The translations under genes were made by a program, and so were the position numbers. Below, in pieces: positions 14,131-27,340 of a stretch of DNA of 64,000 nt. The notes under the pieces were generated by a model, which saw nothing but the letters and a program-made list of their open reading frames with translations, searched no databases and had not been told where the DNA came from. Positions within the stretch are counted from its first letter, which is position 1; every line of letters begins with the position of its first letter. Source of the DNA: Tubiluchus corallicola (taxonomy: Eukaryota; Animalia; Priapulida); contig JAQGDQ010000114.1 in assembly GCA_030141605.1 (NCBI GenBank), positions 434,001 through 498,000 of the forward strand. The letters are read 5' to 3'.

Positions 14131-16836
14131 CGTAATAAGGAGTACGTATAATTCTAACAACAATAATTTCTCGTAACCGTCGTTTTATTTATAATATATT
14201 CCACGTACAAAACCGTGCAGGTGAAGGTACTGGAAAAATGATACTGTTTTCTTCCCTGTATTGTCAAGTCCAGGTCTAAATACCCATAATACCCTATATA
14301 TTTATGAGGTTGATGCGCCTTGAAATTGCTGTCGTGTCGCAAATGAAGCGGAAAATTTTACAATTTGGCGCGTGGCAGCCGGGCAGGTGTTTTACCTGTA
14401 TTATTTTTATTTCACTTTTACGTTACTCGCATTAGATACCAATAGTTTTTTGGAAGCTGTACATAAGAATATGTAGGTGTACATATGTATGGGTGCTCAA
14501 GTTTGCACTCTACTTGTTTCTGTTTCCGCTCCTTTGGTTACTATAGTGCATGCATGTTTATCCTGCATAGTCTGGTTTCTTATATAAAAAGAGCGCCGGC
14601 TTGTAATGGATGTTCTGTTAATATGACGGCAAATAAATCATCCGTATATTTATTATTAATGATAATAGCGTATCCTGGGCGAGTATCTAAGTAGCAAAGA
14701 AATATCGAGGTCCATGAGGAGATTACAATTTAAGCAAATTTCTTGGTATCTCAACATATAAATATAGTGGGATCAAATAACCTAAGATCAGATATTTCAG
14801 ATTTTTTTTGTTTAGATTCACAACCAAATGAACATAGGCCAGAATTCAATTATCTGAAATGACGAATTTTTCTTTGAATTGGTAATGTGCTTTTAAATAA
14901 TAACTTTTATTTTAAAATGTGACTTTTCTTGGAGTTCTGACACTAATGTTTTCTTTATAAAATGACAAAAGGTCTAGCGGAAAAAATCGCCAATTTTATT
15001 TTAAATAAACGTCGAATGCCACGTACGTGCACGACATATATTATTCGTCGTTTAAATGAAAGTTTGTATATCGCTTTTTAGTCCAGGCTGTCTTAAGAAG
15101 AAAGAGTGCTTCTTAGCAAAACGGGGAAGCAAAACTAATTGGCCATAAATTGCAACATTTTACAGCTAATTGGCCGTAAATTCCAACGTATTAATGCAAA
15201 ATCCTACCAACTGTTGCGTAAGGTGGACCTGCTAGAAGCCAGCAGATCACATTAAGATTGCACAGTGTTGAGCTGCAAAAGCGCGAAGGTTATATAAAAT
15301 CATCTTTGCATTTCGTTGTAAAAGTTTACGTCAAATTTCAAAGACAATAAATTTGCTGAAGTCTTCTGCTGAGTTCAAGACTATTTGGCTGGATGCCGCG
15401 GCACTAAGTAGCAAGAATGGTTGTGATGTTTCCATCCAAAGCTCGCCGGCTCAAATCTAGCTCTAGTTAATTTTTTTCTCATAATGTATTTTTTTCATTT
15501 CTGTCAGTCGAAGTTGTATTTTTTAGTCTAAATTTAAATTTTTGTAATTAACATTTAGGTTTCCGATTATAAATAATATTTGGCCCGTTTCCGTCGATGG
15601 GATAACAATTTTCTCAGTTGTTTTTGCACGTCAAAATCTCTGGTCTAGTCCAGCTTTGTTTAAGTTGCTGCTCATTATGTATTTTTTATTTCAGTCAGTC
15701 GAGGGGTGTTTTTTAAATTCAACCTTATATAGTTGGTTAATTATACTCATCATTAATAGACCAAGTTAGACTTAATGCTACCTAAAATTTATAGGCTCAT
15801 TTAACTGACGGCTGTTGTTTTGGTTACCTCTAAGAATCACCACGTATGAAAACTAATTATTGATATTGCAAATATTTGTATAATTAAAAGTTTATCAATT
15901 CGATTTTCGAACTTCTATGGCTTATGTGTACCTCTCCGCGTGTTCAATCCATTTCCCTACCTCCTGTTATAGAATATGGACGCGGCTCGTTTCGTGTTAG
16001 CTAGTATAACATTATGGGTGAAGAAGTAATGAAGTGTTTAATTACGGTTAAATACCTACTAAATAATTCAGCTACGCTTGCTTGGCGTTCCCGAAAGACA
16101 GGATGGCACAAAGCATCACATATAGCTGATTAGGTAAGTGCTGTGTATGTAATCTTTTTTATTAACTTTATAATTTTTAACTCCTTTAGCTTGTACATTA
16201 CCATGCTGCTGCCTTAATGCTGTCCCAACTGTCGATAAGTAACCCACTGTTAACATGACTGTTTTATCTGTTGAAGTTTTCGGCGAAACCGGGATTAATC
16301 TCAACTCTTTTTGTTTTTAACGTCTTTACTCGCTGTTTTTAGCGATGGCACACCTTCTAATTAATGACTTTATGCATTAATCATTCTGCACACATCCGTT
16401 CTGTAGTCGCATAATAATTGATCCCATAACTGTTATGCTCTTCTCATTTCTGCTGCAATTTGCATTGCCCTGCCCCCACTGGCTTCAGCAAATAACGTTT
16501 ATCAGAAAAGTTTAATATATAATACACACAGTGCCTACACGCCCTAGTGTTTTTAGTATACACGGCTTCGTATTGATTTTTAATAGTCGTATATGTTAAG
16601 AAAATTAACCAGAATGCTTAGCGCTATTTAAATAGCAAGTTGCCTGGCAATTGCCCGATGTTATCAGTGTCAGTGTCTCTGTTTGACAATATGTTAGTTA
16701 CTGCCGGGCATGTGCACATGCAACCACTCTAGTTGGAAGCAAGACAGGAAAGAGGTCTAGCCAACTGTAACATGTATATAGGTTGAAATCTAATCTAACA
16801 AGTAGGCTTATTCCTATTTGAATAGATGTTTTTCAG

Positions 16837-17005
16837 GCTGCGTCTCTCGGTAGTTGCTTTACGAACTCACCCTTGAAATGTGCACTTCCTGCGAGCGAAT
16901 ATTGTTTCAGTATCTCTCGTGCGCTGCGCATTGTTATTAAGAAAAAGGTCGGCGGCAATTATGTGTTAATGCCGGGCATGACAGGTGGTATAGGTCGTTG
17001 TAAGC
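16837..17005 (+). other. Probable 5'UTR portion of prospero coding exon 1 (spliced from an upstream non-coding exon, possibly ending at 16133)
   Basis: Acceptor gtttttcag| ending 16836; consensus donor TAG|GTAAGT at 16134. Confidence 0.45.
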
Positions 17006-17707
17006 ATGTCATCTGAAGATGAGAGCGATCATTCTTCGCACTTGGCTAGCCGAGCTGACACAGCCAAACTGCTTAATCAGCAACATAAGAAAGGCAAGCG
17101 TACGAGACAAAGGGTTGATGCGGGTGAGCCCCGTAACAGCTACGCTACCGTTACAAACTACTCCCCTATCAAGCCAGCAAATGATCATGCCTTGTGCTCG
17201 CCATCAATGCAATCATCTATAGAAGAACTTGCATACGATAATTTCAATGCAAATACTTCTGCCCATTCGGGAGACAACAAAAGCACGACAAATAACAGCG
17301 GTTGTTTCTTGCGTAAGCAGTTTTCGTCGCAAGACGCTTGTTTCCTGCAGCGTTTTTTACACCAATCAGAAAAACTGGAAGTAGCGAATGATTTACAGTC
17401 ATCTGTTTCAGCTATTGGCTGGCAGAGACAGAATGAGACAACTTCTAATGCTGCCGTAATTAGTCAATTTTTAAAACAATGGGCTCTGGCACAGTCTTCA
17501 GTAAGTGTACCACCAGTTAACAAACTTGATAAGCACGTGGCTAGAGACTTAGCAGACGAAAGTGAACTGAAATTATTTGGCAGATCAGAAATGCAAGAGC
17601 AGCAGCCTGATCTTGGAAGCACATCTGATACTTGTACTATAACTAATTCGCACAATCATACATCAAGCATCAGCAAGAGTTACCAATACGACGAAGATTC
17701 TGTTCAG
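17006..17707 (+). CDS. pros: prospero/Prox homeo-prospero transcription factor, coding exon 1 of 5 (gene CDS 17006-42560, ~861 aa)
   Basis: MSSEDE... start and KRTRQRVDAGEPRNSY motif typical of protostome Prospero N-termini; ends at phase-0 donor CAG|GTAAGA (17708). Confidence 0.88.
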
Positions 17708-20700
17708 GTAAGATTATCTCACTTTAACCAGCATTTTCTGTGTAATTAGTGCTTGAGTTAGGCTTATATCGTGTTATAATATATTCTATACCATTTTTTG
17801 TGCTACTACTTACTGTAATAGTTTATTTTTTCAGTTTTTCTAGTCCATATATTGCGGTATCCTATCGGTAAAAAATGTAATTATTAAGTAATGCGGGGCA
17901 TTCTAAGAAATTCCTAATTGAAGTCAGTTTTTCAAGCATTATACAAATAAATTGTTTATAATCTTAATTTTAAGATTATCTGTTACAACCTTAAAATTAA
18001 CAATATATCTAGTTATTATGTATAATTAATTATCCACAGATTCTTTCGATTTAAATTTGATAAGCAAAAAATATTTAATAACAGAAATTATTCTAGCCTT
18101 AATAACTTATTGCTTTAAATACTAAATGACTGGAGAGCTATCCAGATTCAATTAAGTGCTGTGAGGGTCACGACGGGATTTTATAGTGGCCATAATTGAA
18201 AAGTTATTTGTTAAAATCCAGGCTCAATTCCCACCTTTTCACATTTTCTTTATTAGGTTAACTTTGATTTCAAAAAGTTTCCTAATCTTGAACTCGTTCC
18301 ACTGTTAAGTAATGCCTAGCAAACAGACTTTATTTTGTGTTTCTGGTGCTTATACTTAGTCATACTGTTGCAGAAAACACTTGCATTCTCGTAACAGTAG
18401 TCTTCTTATATTTCTAAAACCTTCGCGTGCGTGCATACGTCTGTGTTTAATCTTTTTCTTAGACCCGCACAGTGCGAAGGCATTATGGTAAATTTGTGGC
18501 ACGAGTCTGCCTGCAGGTGTGAACGCGTGTACGCTGTCAGTGTTGTCAGCTCAACTGTTGGGTAAAATTCCTTTGTTGGAACATTGGCTTAAACCATGAA
18601 TTTTTCTTTAATCATTGAAGCCGTCACTTACCGTTATATAAATTGATATTTGACTGCGACGCTGTTTATTTAGGAACTGTTAATTTTTACTGATTTTTAG
18701 CTTAATTTTTTAGCGTTTTTACATGTTTTTGAAGCAAACATTGAACTATATTTATGTCATCATTGCTGTGACTTGAATACTCCGTTTTGCTGACTCAAAC
18801 TTTTCTGGGTAAATTGGACTGTAACGGATCCGGCAATAGAATAATTATCATTTATAAATGAGTCGTTTATTCAGCTCACATTTCTAGTCAATATTTTCTC
18901 GGTTTGTTCATGCTGGCACTATGGTTGTATATAACAGTGAAATACCGGTAGCAGCTAATATAATGGCCTTAATCATTGTGTATTTGCGGGTTGTGCCTGT
19001 ATAATGCAATTAAAAACTGCTTAGATTTGTTTTTAATAAGAAAATTGCGGTAGGCTTTAGCACTCGGTGCGGGTCGTCTAATTAAATTTGTGTGGCAAGC
19101 CAATTTGAATTTGTTTGAATTGTCTTGCAATTAAAATTCTAGTTTTGCCAATTGATTTCTTGTACGGCTTATAATGTACAAATGCTGTATATAGCGCATG
19201 TATAATCCCTGCTTTTGTAAACTGCTTTTGGAAGGGTTACTTAAATGTCTTTTGAGCCCACCCTCCATGCAACAATAATATTACTCTGCAAGCTTGTACG
19301 CAAGCCTTCATAAACACCTTTGAAGTATCTTATAATAAACAACAGCTGTTTCTTATACCGGCGCCAGGTGTAGGTGTAACTGTGTTAAACTGTGGCTCCA
19401 TGGACATAATTGAAGTTTGATTAAAAATTAAAAATTGTTATTTTTAGCAGCGTCTGTGCGGACTTAATATACACCTCGTGTTTTCTTAAAGCGTCGGCCC
19501 GACTAGCTTAATTTACTGCATCATTTTTCTATGCAACTCTTGGGATAAAATAATTTTATCAAAAGCCAATAAAACAGTAGCAATAATATATTTAATGGAC
19601 AATATCAGCTGACTTTTCATTAGCAATGAAATAGATTTGTTCGGCAAATTACCATGTGTCACTTCTCGCCTTAGTAATCATTAAATTTTCCAAGGAACAT
19701 TAGATCAGGCCGTGTATCTCAATATTGACTGTTCCTTTGGGGCTCTGGTAAGCGCAGCACATTAATCAGTTAGAGTGCTATTATGATCTCCTGATGAGCC
19801 GTCGATATTTTAATATTACTAATGTCATTATTTATTACTAATTATTGATGCTTTAATAAGTCAGCAAGTAATGTTGTAGAACTTAGGCTTACCTATGCCA
19901 CCGATACAAGCATTAAGGGTGTGTGCGTGCGTGTGCGTGTATGTGTATGTGTGCCCGCGCGCACATGCTGTTGCAGAAAACAGTCAAGCAGTTATGCGCA
20001 AAGATAGGCCAGTAATTAGGCGTACATTTACGTAAAACAAATCTGTGTCTTTCGTAACTGCGGACGATTTTTTTCTAATTCTACGTAGGTTACGCCATTA
20101 AATTAATGCAATATATGTAAACTACTGAATGTAGTGAAAATACGTTGACTTTTCCCGGGACTCAAACCTATAACATTGGTTTACTGTAAAGCGCATTAAC
20201 TGATGTTACTAACTATTTTACATGTTATTTTATTGCTGTTTATTGACTGTTATGCTGCTTAATCTGAATACTTCTACGTAATTACATCGATCACGAATGA
20301 TTAAAATAACAATGTACGTATACTGGCACATAATTTTTGGGCGCCCGATCTGGACCAATTACGCAAGCACTTAATAATATTAACAAATATAGGTTTTCAC
20401 TTTCGGTTTTCTATTTTAATCATGAAGTACTAAATAGCTGAACTGTAAATTAAGGCGGAGCAATTCTGGATTTAAAATAAAGGAAACATTGCACATGCGC
20501 ACTCGGTCTCATCAGTGATGTGGAGAAAAATAAAATTTCGGCAATTCTTACTATTTTAGTTTTAGTTGATGATTTTTTTACTTGTATTTTTATTTTTTTG
20601 TAAATAGGAAAATAAAGTCAGCGTGTTTTTCGTTTTTTTTTAATTTTGTGGAAAAAATTTGAGCATCCCCAAATTTCCTATAACATCAGATTGCGGATCC

Positions 20701-23700
20701 ATATGTTTTAAACTGGAACTGGTGGCTTAGGCCATTGCTACAATATTTCAAATACTGGCCTAGATAATAGTTAATCAGAACATCTTATTGCCGGAAAATG
20801 AAACAAAACACTGTAACATGCCGTACAATCGTAAGCTCAGGGCGCCTTCTTATCAAACGGCTATAGATAGTGACACGGCGCCTAGCAAAGATTACGAAGA
20901 GGTGACTAATATGTTGGTTGCCTGGATAACAACCACCCCCTTGTTAGTTGCCTACGCTAATTCATCTTAACTTTCCGTCTTAACCTCTCAAACATCCGGT
21001 GCGTCATTCAAAGAGTTGAACTGTGGTCTGTGCAAAAGATTCAATGAAAACTGTGCAACTTTTATCCTTCTACTTTCTCAGTCACTTTCATATTCACAAA
21101 CATGTACAATAGAATTTCAGGAAGATCTGGCCTCGCAGTAAAAACCTCATTTAACTGTTTGTACTCGTAATCTTAATTATCATTGCTTCTAATCTTCACA
21201 GACGTTTGTAGAAATTCTGATTAATATTATCTGTTGGTAATTTATCTGGTATACTACGTTTATAGTAAATAAATAGTTTGCTGTGACACACATGCTTGGT
21301 TGTTTTTACTTCCTGGCGCATTTTGTTTCATGTGAACTGTATCAGCAGAAATAGGTACATTAAATACCTTTAAACGTAGTGTAAGTTGTTGTACTGGTAA
21401 ATATAAAGTCACATTTCGAGCTATGTACAAACACATAAACTTTATATGCATATCCTTATTCGGGTCTGCTTTCTTAGTTTCTTACGGCTTTTGCGGTCTT
21501 TGCAAAGCTTTTTTGTTGATAATTTACAATTCAGTTATTTGGTGATATCTGAAGTGTACAAACGCTATAGTTCAAATAACTGAGAATGTTGAGACTGTTG
21601 AATTAGCTTATCTAAGCCTATGCAGTTGATATTTACTTTCACCAGAAACACCAATATTATAGTGTTAAATTTGAGTGAGTTGGTATTATTTACATAAGCT
21701 GAATTATGAAAATAAATTGAAAATAGATGGATACAAAATTGCTTAAATGGTGTTCCATTTTTATGCAAAACTTCAGTCGTTTTTGATATTTTTTGTTTTT
21801 TGCCGGTAATCATACTTTGAGAAGCGTTTGTCAAATTCTTCAGTGTCTCTTTGCTCGCCTGTACTCTGAATTTTGTTGCGTGATTTTTTTTCTGTTTTTC
21901 TGCTGCAGTTTTCATATAATGCCCCTGGATTTTTGATACCACTGATTCTGGTTGTTTAAAACGTGTACTTTTAGCGTTTTTTGATATTTTATGCTGTTTA
22001 GACATTGTAATTTTCTAATTTTTTAAAATTTAGACAATGACTCTATTTATTTGCATTTTTTTAAGTATTTTCTCAACCTCAGCAAGCACATTTTCCAAGT
22101 TTCATCTTTTTTAATGCCATTTTTGTTTAGCTTGACGGTAATGAGATGTGAGATATCTGCAAATGGCCCTCGACTTTCCCCAGATCAGACTCGCCATTAA
22201 CGACCTGTCTGTACCAACCTTCTCTTCTTCACCATCTGAAGTAGATTTGTCAGATTACGAAAGGGTTATCGCAACTACGCATATGGAGTGTTTGACAAAA
22301 TTGCTTTCAAAACCCTAAAATGCGAGATAAGATGGGTATAGTAGACAGGCGAGAGTCTTTTGCCATGTGTACGCAAATGACATTATTCTGCAATAATCAC
22401 TTTCAAAATTTTTGTCGTCGAAACTAAACCTTCAAAACTGGACAGCCGTCGAAATCACCTTGGTGCTAAGAGTAAACAGTTAATTGTACTCGTTGAGGAT
22501 TATACTAATAATACTCATTCCTACATACTACCCTCAAAGAAAGCCATTTTAGTTTTGCAAAATTGTTTATAGCAGCTTTACCAGTGCAATTATAGTTGCG
22601 CCTAAACAAGCAGTGAATGGTAATCTGGCTTATCTCCTAAAGTTCTCTTCCTTTATTTCTTCTCGCTTATGAATGCAGCAATAAAGGACACTGTTTATTG
22701 TCATTGCTAATAATCGCGTGAAGCGAGTACATATCCACTCCGAATTGTCATACGGCCATTATTGCTTCCATGCTATCAATTAAATAATTATTGCCTGCCA
22801 TAATAGATAAAGGCACAGTAGCGCTGTGCATAACAGCTTCTCCGCATCCATTTTAGCGCACGGCATATGCTACAAAATGTCTTCTAGTAATAGCTGACAC
22901 TCAAATAACCACCTATTAATGATCGGATTACCAGCTAGTTGGCTTGTCGTCGGTGTACACAAGGGTAAATTATGTACATGCATATATGCTAATCAGCCCC
23001 GTGCTTATAATCTTTTGTCGCTAGCAATTCGTCAATACATTAGACGGAGAATTTTATTGTTCATTCGCTATTACATAATGGTAGTTATGCTAGTCGTCTT
23101 GAACGATTCATCGTGGTACGGCGAAGAATAATTGTGAGGACGGCTGACTGGCAGGGTTAATCTGGCAATTAAAAATAGATTTAAGATTTTGCTATTATAA
23201 ATAGAAGAATTGCCGTTGACTTACGGATAATGGCTGCAAAACAGTTGTGCAAAATTGCGCGTCTTATCCCAAAATCCTTTGAAGAATAGAATCTCTTATA
23301 AAACTGAATAATGGGCGAGTGCTAAACATTTACTGACTTTTAAAAACCAGTCTTTATAATTACGCTACGGATGAAGCACAATCATCTTCAAAAACGCAAA
23401 AAGTGGATAAACTGCAGAAATTATTCAATTCACCTTTTTTCGTTTTTACTTGTCTTTAGGTGGTATATAAGAATTTTTTCACGTGTTTATAATTATAGTC
23501 CTTTCTTTTGTTGTTTGTTGTTTCATTATTACTTTTTTCTTTTTTGATTGCCGGTGATAAATTTTGTAGATTTTTACTTTCTTAAGACACTGCTGTAAAT
23601 TGACACAAGGCTTAAGCCATCAGTTTCATTACCCACGTGACCCACAAGATTTCATGACTCGCACTTAGTTTGACCCACACACATGACCTTAGCAGCATTA

Positions 23701-24558
23701 TAGCGACCTATATAGTGCCAGAGCTAACTTACATAACATTGACCCCATGACCTGTGCTTATTTCTACCATACGATACCAGAATTTTCATGCACATAAATA
23801 GCTAATACAAGGGTCTGTGTAATGATTTGGCTTATAGTCACATTTCGTCTATAAAAAAAGGTTTGAGTTGTGCCTTTGTTAACGTCTAACTAAAGTCGTT
23901 CTTCGAAGAGGCAACATTTATCGACGCAGGTTTTTAAACAAAATTGCTTTCAACATGACACTGATATTATTATAAATTATCTAAACTACGAATTATTTCC
24001 TGCTGACCCATTTTCAACTCTGTCTCCACCTTGACTTTTGCTTTTTTAATATATAAGACAAAATAATACGTTTTAATCACTTTTTCCAAGATCCGTATCA
24101 TGTGTTGGGGGTATTTGGGGGTCAGCTGGCAAAAGGTAAAGCATAAATTCTAAATGTTATACTGAGCTTATGCGCCGTACTTTTATCAGTTTGTTATTCA
24201 GGCCCAAAGGTCAAAGGTTACCTATGCCTGTATATATCTATATATGTATCTATCTATATCTATATCTATATCTATGTATACATATGCCTGAATGATAAGT
24301 ATTTTGTTAATCTAGGCTAGCATCTTAGTATAACAATTAAGAGAAACAACTTTCCAGGTTTATTGAAGATCTATAAAGGATATTTATCTGCAGCTTTTTG
24401 TACTTGATCTCTGTTCTATTGTATTTTAATAAAGCGTTTTGTTAAAGCGCGTAATGCCTTACACGTGCTTTTCTTAAAGTCCCGGTTTTTGTGCTTCTGG
24501 GCTTTGACCTTTGACATCCAGCATAGCGGTTGTTGGTAGTTAATATCAAAATTTCATT

Positions 24559-26419
24559 ACAATAGTTTAGAAAGGAACCGTAAATTTGAGTGTCAGACCT
24601 AGTACACACTTTCTAGCTTAATGTGTGTTTTTAATTTATCATTGATTCCACGTTTCACCTCCAAAATTTAAAACATTTGGGCCCATATCTTCTAAGCGCG
24701 CGTACATTGTTATGCAAACTTTTCAGGTGATGCTAAACGGAGTATCAAAGTGTCAATGCAGATGTAATGTACAAGCTTTCAATGCAAGTATCGCGGGACG
24801 TGGTGCACCAATATATACTTCTGAAAGTTTACTAAATGTTTTTGTACTTTACAATTTTGCCAATATTTTGGGTCATTCCTCAGAAATACATATGACTTGA
24901 GTGTGGTTATAAAAGTTTCGGGGATTTACTGCAGTTAGTGACAATGCTGAAAATAAGTCACTAGTCACAATTCGGGATTGGCAGCAAAGGTGACAAAGTC
25001 AGGAAAACTTGATACGACAAGTCAAGCGTATGTCGGTTGTTTTGTTAAAGATTGTGATTGTTCATTATGGGCCTATCTTTTATATTTTCAGTTTTAGTAT
25101 TTCTGGGTGGCATATACCAAGTAGTCTTGGCACATTAAATTTCACATTCTATTAATGCACATACTACAAGTGGTCACTGTATAGCTTACAGTCCTTACTT
25201 TACATAATAGGATTTCAAGCAGCTTCAATTGGATAAAAGTACAAAGAAAGCAAAAAGTATATTTATCTTAAATAAGTATCTAATGGCTTCAGGACACGAG
25301 GAAAATTGAAAAAATAAATTGCTACTCCTTGTATAAACGTTGTAAGTCCCTAAACTCAACACTAGTACTCTCGCATAAAAAATTATAAGTTTAATTGCCT
25401 CGTGTCTGGCGAGCTCGGCACTTCTTCCTCTTGTTTTATATAAATCTAAAAAGACTGTTTGAAATCATTAATTAGAACTATGGTGTTTCACCAGTCGTAT
25501 ACTTTCCAGATGCAGCATTGCTTACCTTTGCAGTAATTGAAAGCGTCTTAACAACATCCCTCACTGTTTGGTATGGCGCTACCACGCAGGGAGATCGCAA
25601 TGCTTTTGATCAAGTTATTAAATCCGCCTCAAATATTATAGGAGTTGAACAGCAATCAATGGCATATTTGTATGAAACTAGGGTCGCAAAGAGAGCGCAA
25701 GTTATCATGAAAGATGAATTCCATCCAGGTAGTAAATATTTTGAAATTCTCCCCTCTGGTCGTAGATTCCGCTCAATTAACGCTAAAACCACAAGAACTT
25801 TAAATTCTTTCTATCCCGTTGCAATTCGCACCATCAACAGTAAATTTCAGTAAATCTCCAATATTAATTCTTTATGTCACTGTACAACTGATTGAATTAT
25901 TTGTGTTAATCTCCTTGTTGTTTCCACAAGTTATTGCAGTACGTAAAACCACATATTATGCTATAATGACAATAAATTGCTTACTTACTTGAAATGGAGA
26001 TCTCCGCGTCTTGTGCGCAAATCGTTTTACGAATTGCTGCTTTATTTTTTCCAGTAACAGTGTTCTTTTTCTAAACTGTGACCTTTGACCTTATATGGCA
26101 TAAGCGCTTTAGCGTATTGGGTAAAGAATACAGTTTTGATGGGCCATATTTTTAAAATCATTTTTGCAAAATAGAAGGACTATTGTTTTTTTACCTCCAA
26201 AATATTATTTTATACTCTAAATTTAAAGTGTATGTAAAATGGTACAATAGTTTAGAAACGCATCCTAAATTTGAATATTAGACCTAGTATATATTTTGTA
26301 GCTTAATGTACAATTTTTCGATTTTTAGTTAATTCAACGTTTCACTTCCAAAGTTTTAAAACATTTGGGCCCATATCTTCTAAGAGCGCGTACATTATTA
26401 TGCAAATTTTTCAGGTGAT
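24559..26419 (+). repeat. Diverged ~175-bp direct repeat pair (24559-24731 and 26244-26419)
   Basis: Both copies read acaatagtttagaaa...agacctagta...aaaacatttgggcccatatcttctaag.gcgcgtacatt.ttatgcaaa.ttttcaggtgat. Confidence 0.9.
25525..25992 (+). mobile_element. 5'-truncated Rex1/Babar-like non-LTR retrotransposon
   Basis: AVIESVLTTSLTVWYG...DEFHPGSKYFEILPSGRRFRSINAKTTRTLNSFYPVAIRTIN is the typical Rex1-clade ORF C-terminus; followed by 3'UTR, AATAAA and a (TTAC)n tail at ~25971-25990. Confidence 0.85.
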
Positions 26420-27340
26420 TGTGAAAGTATATTTGTATGGTCTGTTTCTTGGTACAGTAATTAAATAGATTTTTCATTTTCCCGATTAATAATAGATTTT
26501 GACTTTATAGTCGATAAGCTCGGAGAACTTTTAACCGAAGATAGTGCGGATACAGGATTTTGATCTGTGACTCAAGTACTTACATCTTCGAGTTTTAGCC
26601 CTTTTTATTCGAGTCTTCCCAACTCTCTGTTCTGCGAGATCGTAATTTACCGTTCCTCCAGACTTCTCCTGAATTATGACTTATTTGCAATCTCAAATTT
26701 ATAGGGCTGGGTTATTGAAAGAACGGATACCTCATTTGTATGTACAGGTTTCAGTCTGAATCCTTTCTTAGGAACGCGTAGCTTGTCTTGTCAGCAATAC
26801 ATTATTAATGCACAGAAATACTTGCAACAAAAGAAGCGTGTTGCTTTACCTATAATATATCTAGGTGGACATTTCTAGACGCTCATTGTCTTTCCTGCAT
26901 GGCCTTGATATGCAGGTGGAGATATTTCAGTCGATAGCGTCTGCCAAAGTTTGCTCACCTGCCTTGATCACTGTAATTGTTAAACTGATGAATGCCAGCT
27001 ATTGTGTTTTTTTTCACTGCATACTGCTATTCCCCATAAATATGGTTCATACAGAATCTTAAACTTTTGTTTAAATAATGAAATGTAGCATAATTGGGCT
27101 ATTGGATACAGGATGCAGTAAAATAACTTTCTTTAAGCATTTTGTATCGAAGGTAATCCGTTTGTTTTGATAAAAGATGAAAGATTTTGTCTGTGCAGGT
27201 TCTCGTTAAATTGTTATTTTCAAAGTGGTTACAGTAACTCTTTACAAAATGCACAATTTCTAAATGGAACAAATGTTGATAACTGGCACTTATTGCTTTT
27301 ATTTTTACAAAACATAACTTATATTTTATTTTTCTTTCAG

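Noticed and set aside
21450-21459. ATATCCTTAT U12-like donor in intron 1
   Set aside because: No adjacent acceptor/exon structure found upstream; treated as a chance match.
21565-22005. 146-aa minus-strand ORF
   Set aside because: Lys/Gln-rich from an A-rich strand, no domain, antisense within a pros intron.
27167-27340. N-terminal 58 codons of the 562-aa ORF
   Set aside because: Intronic; a strong acceptor at 27340 coincides with the start of Prospero similarity.
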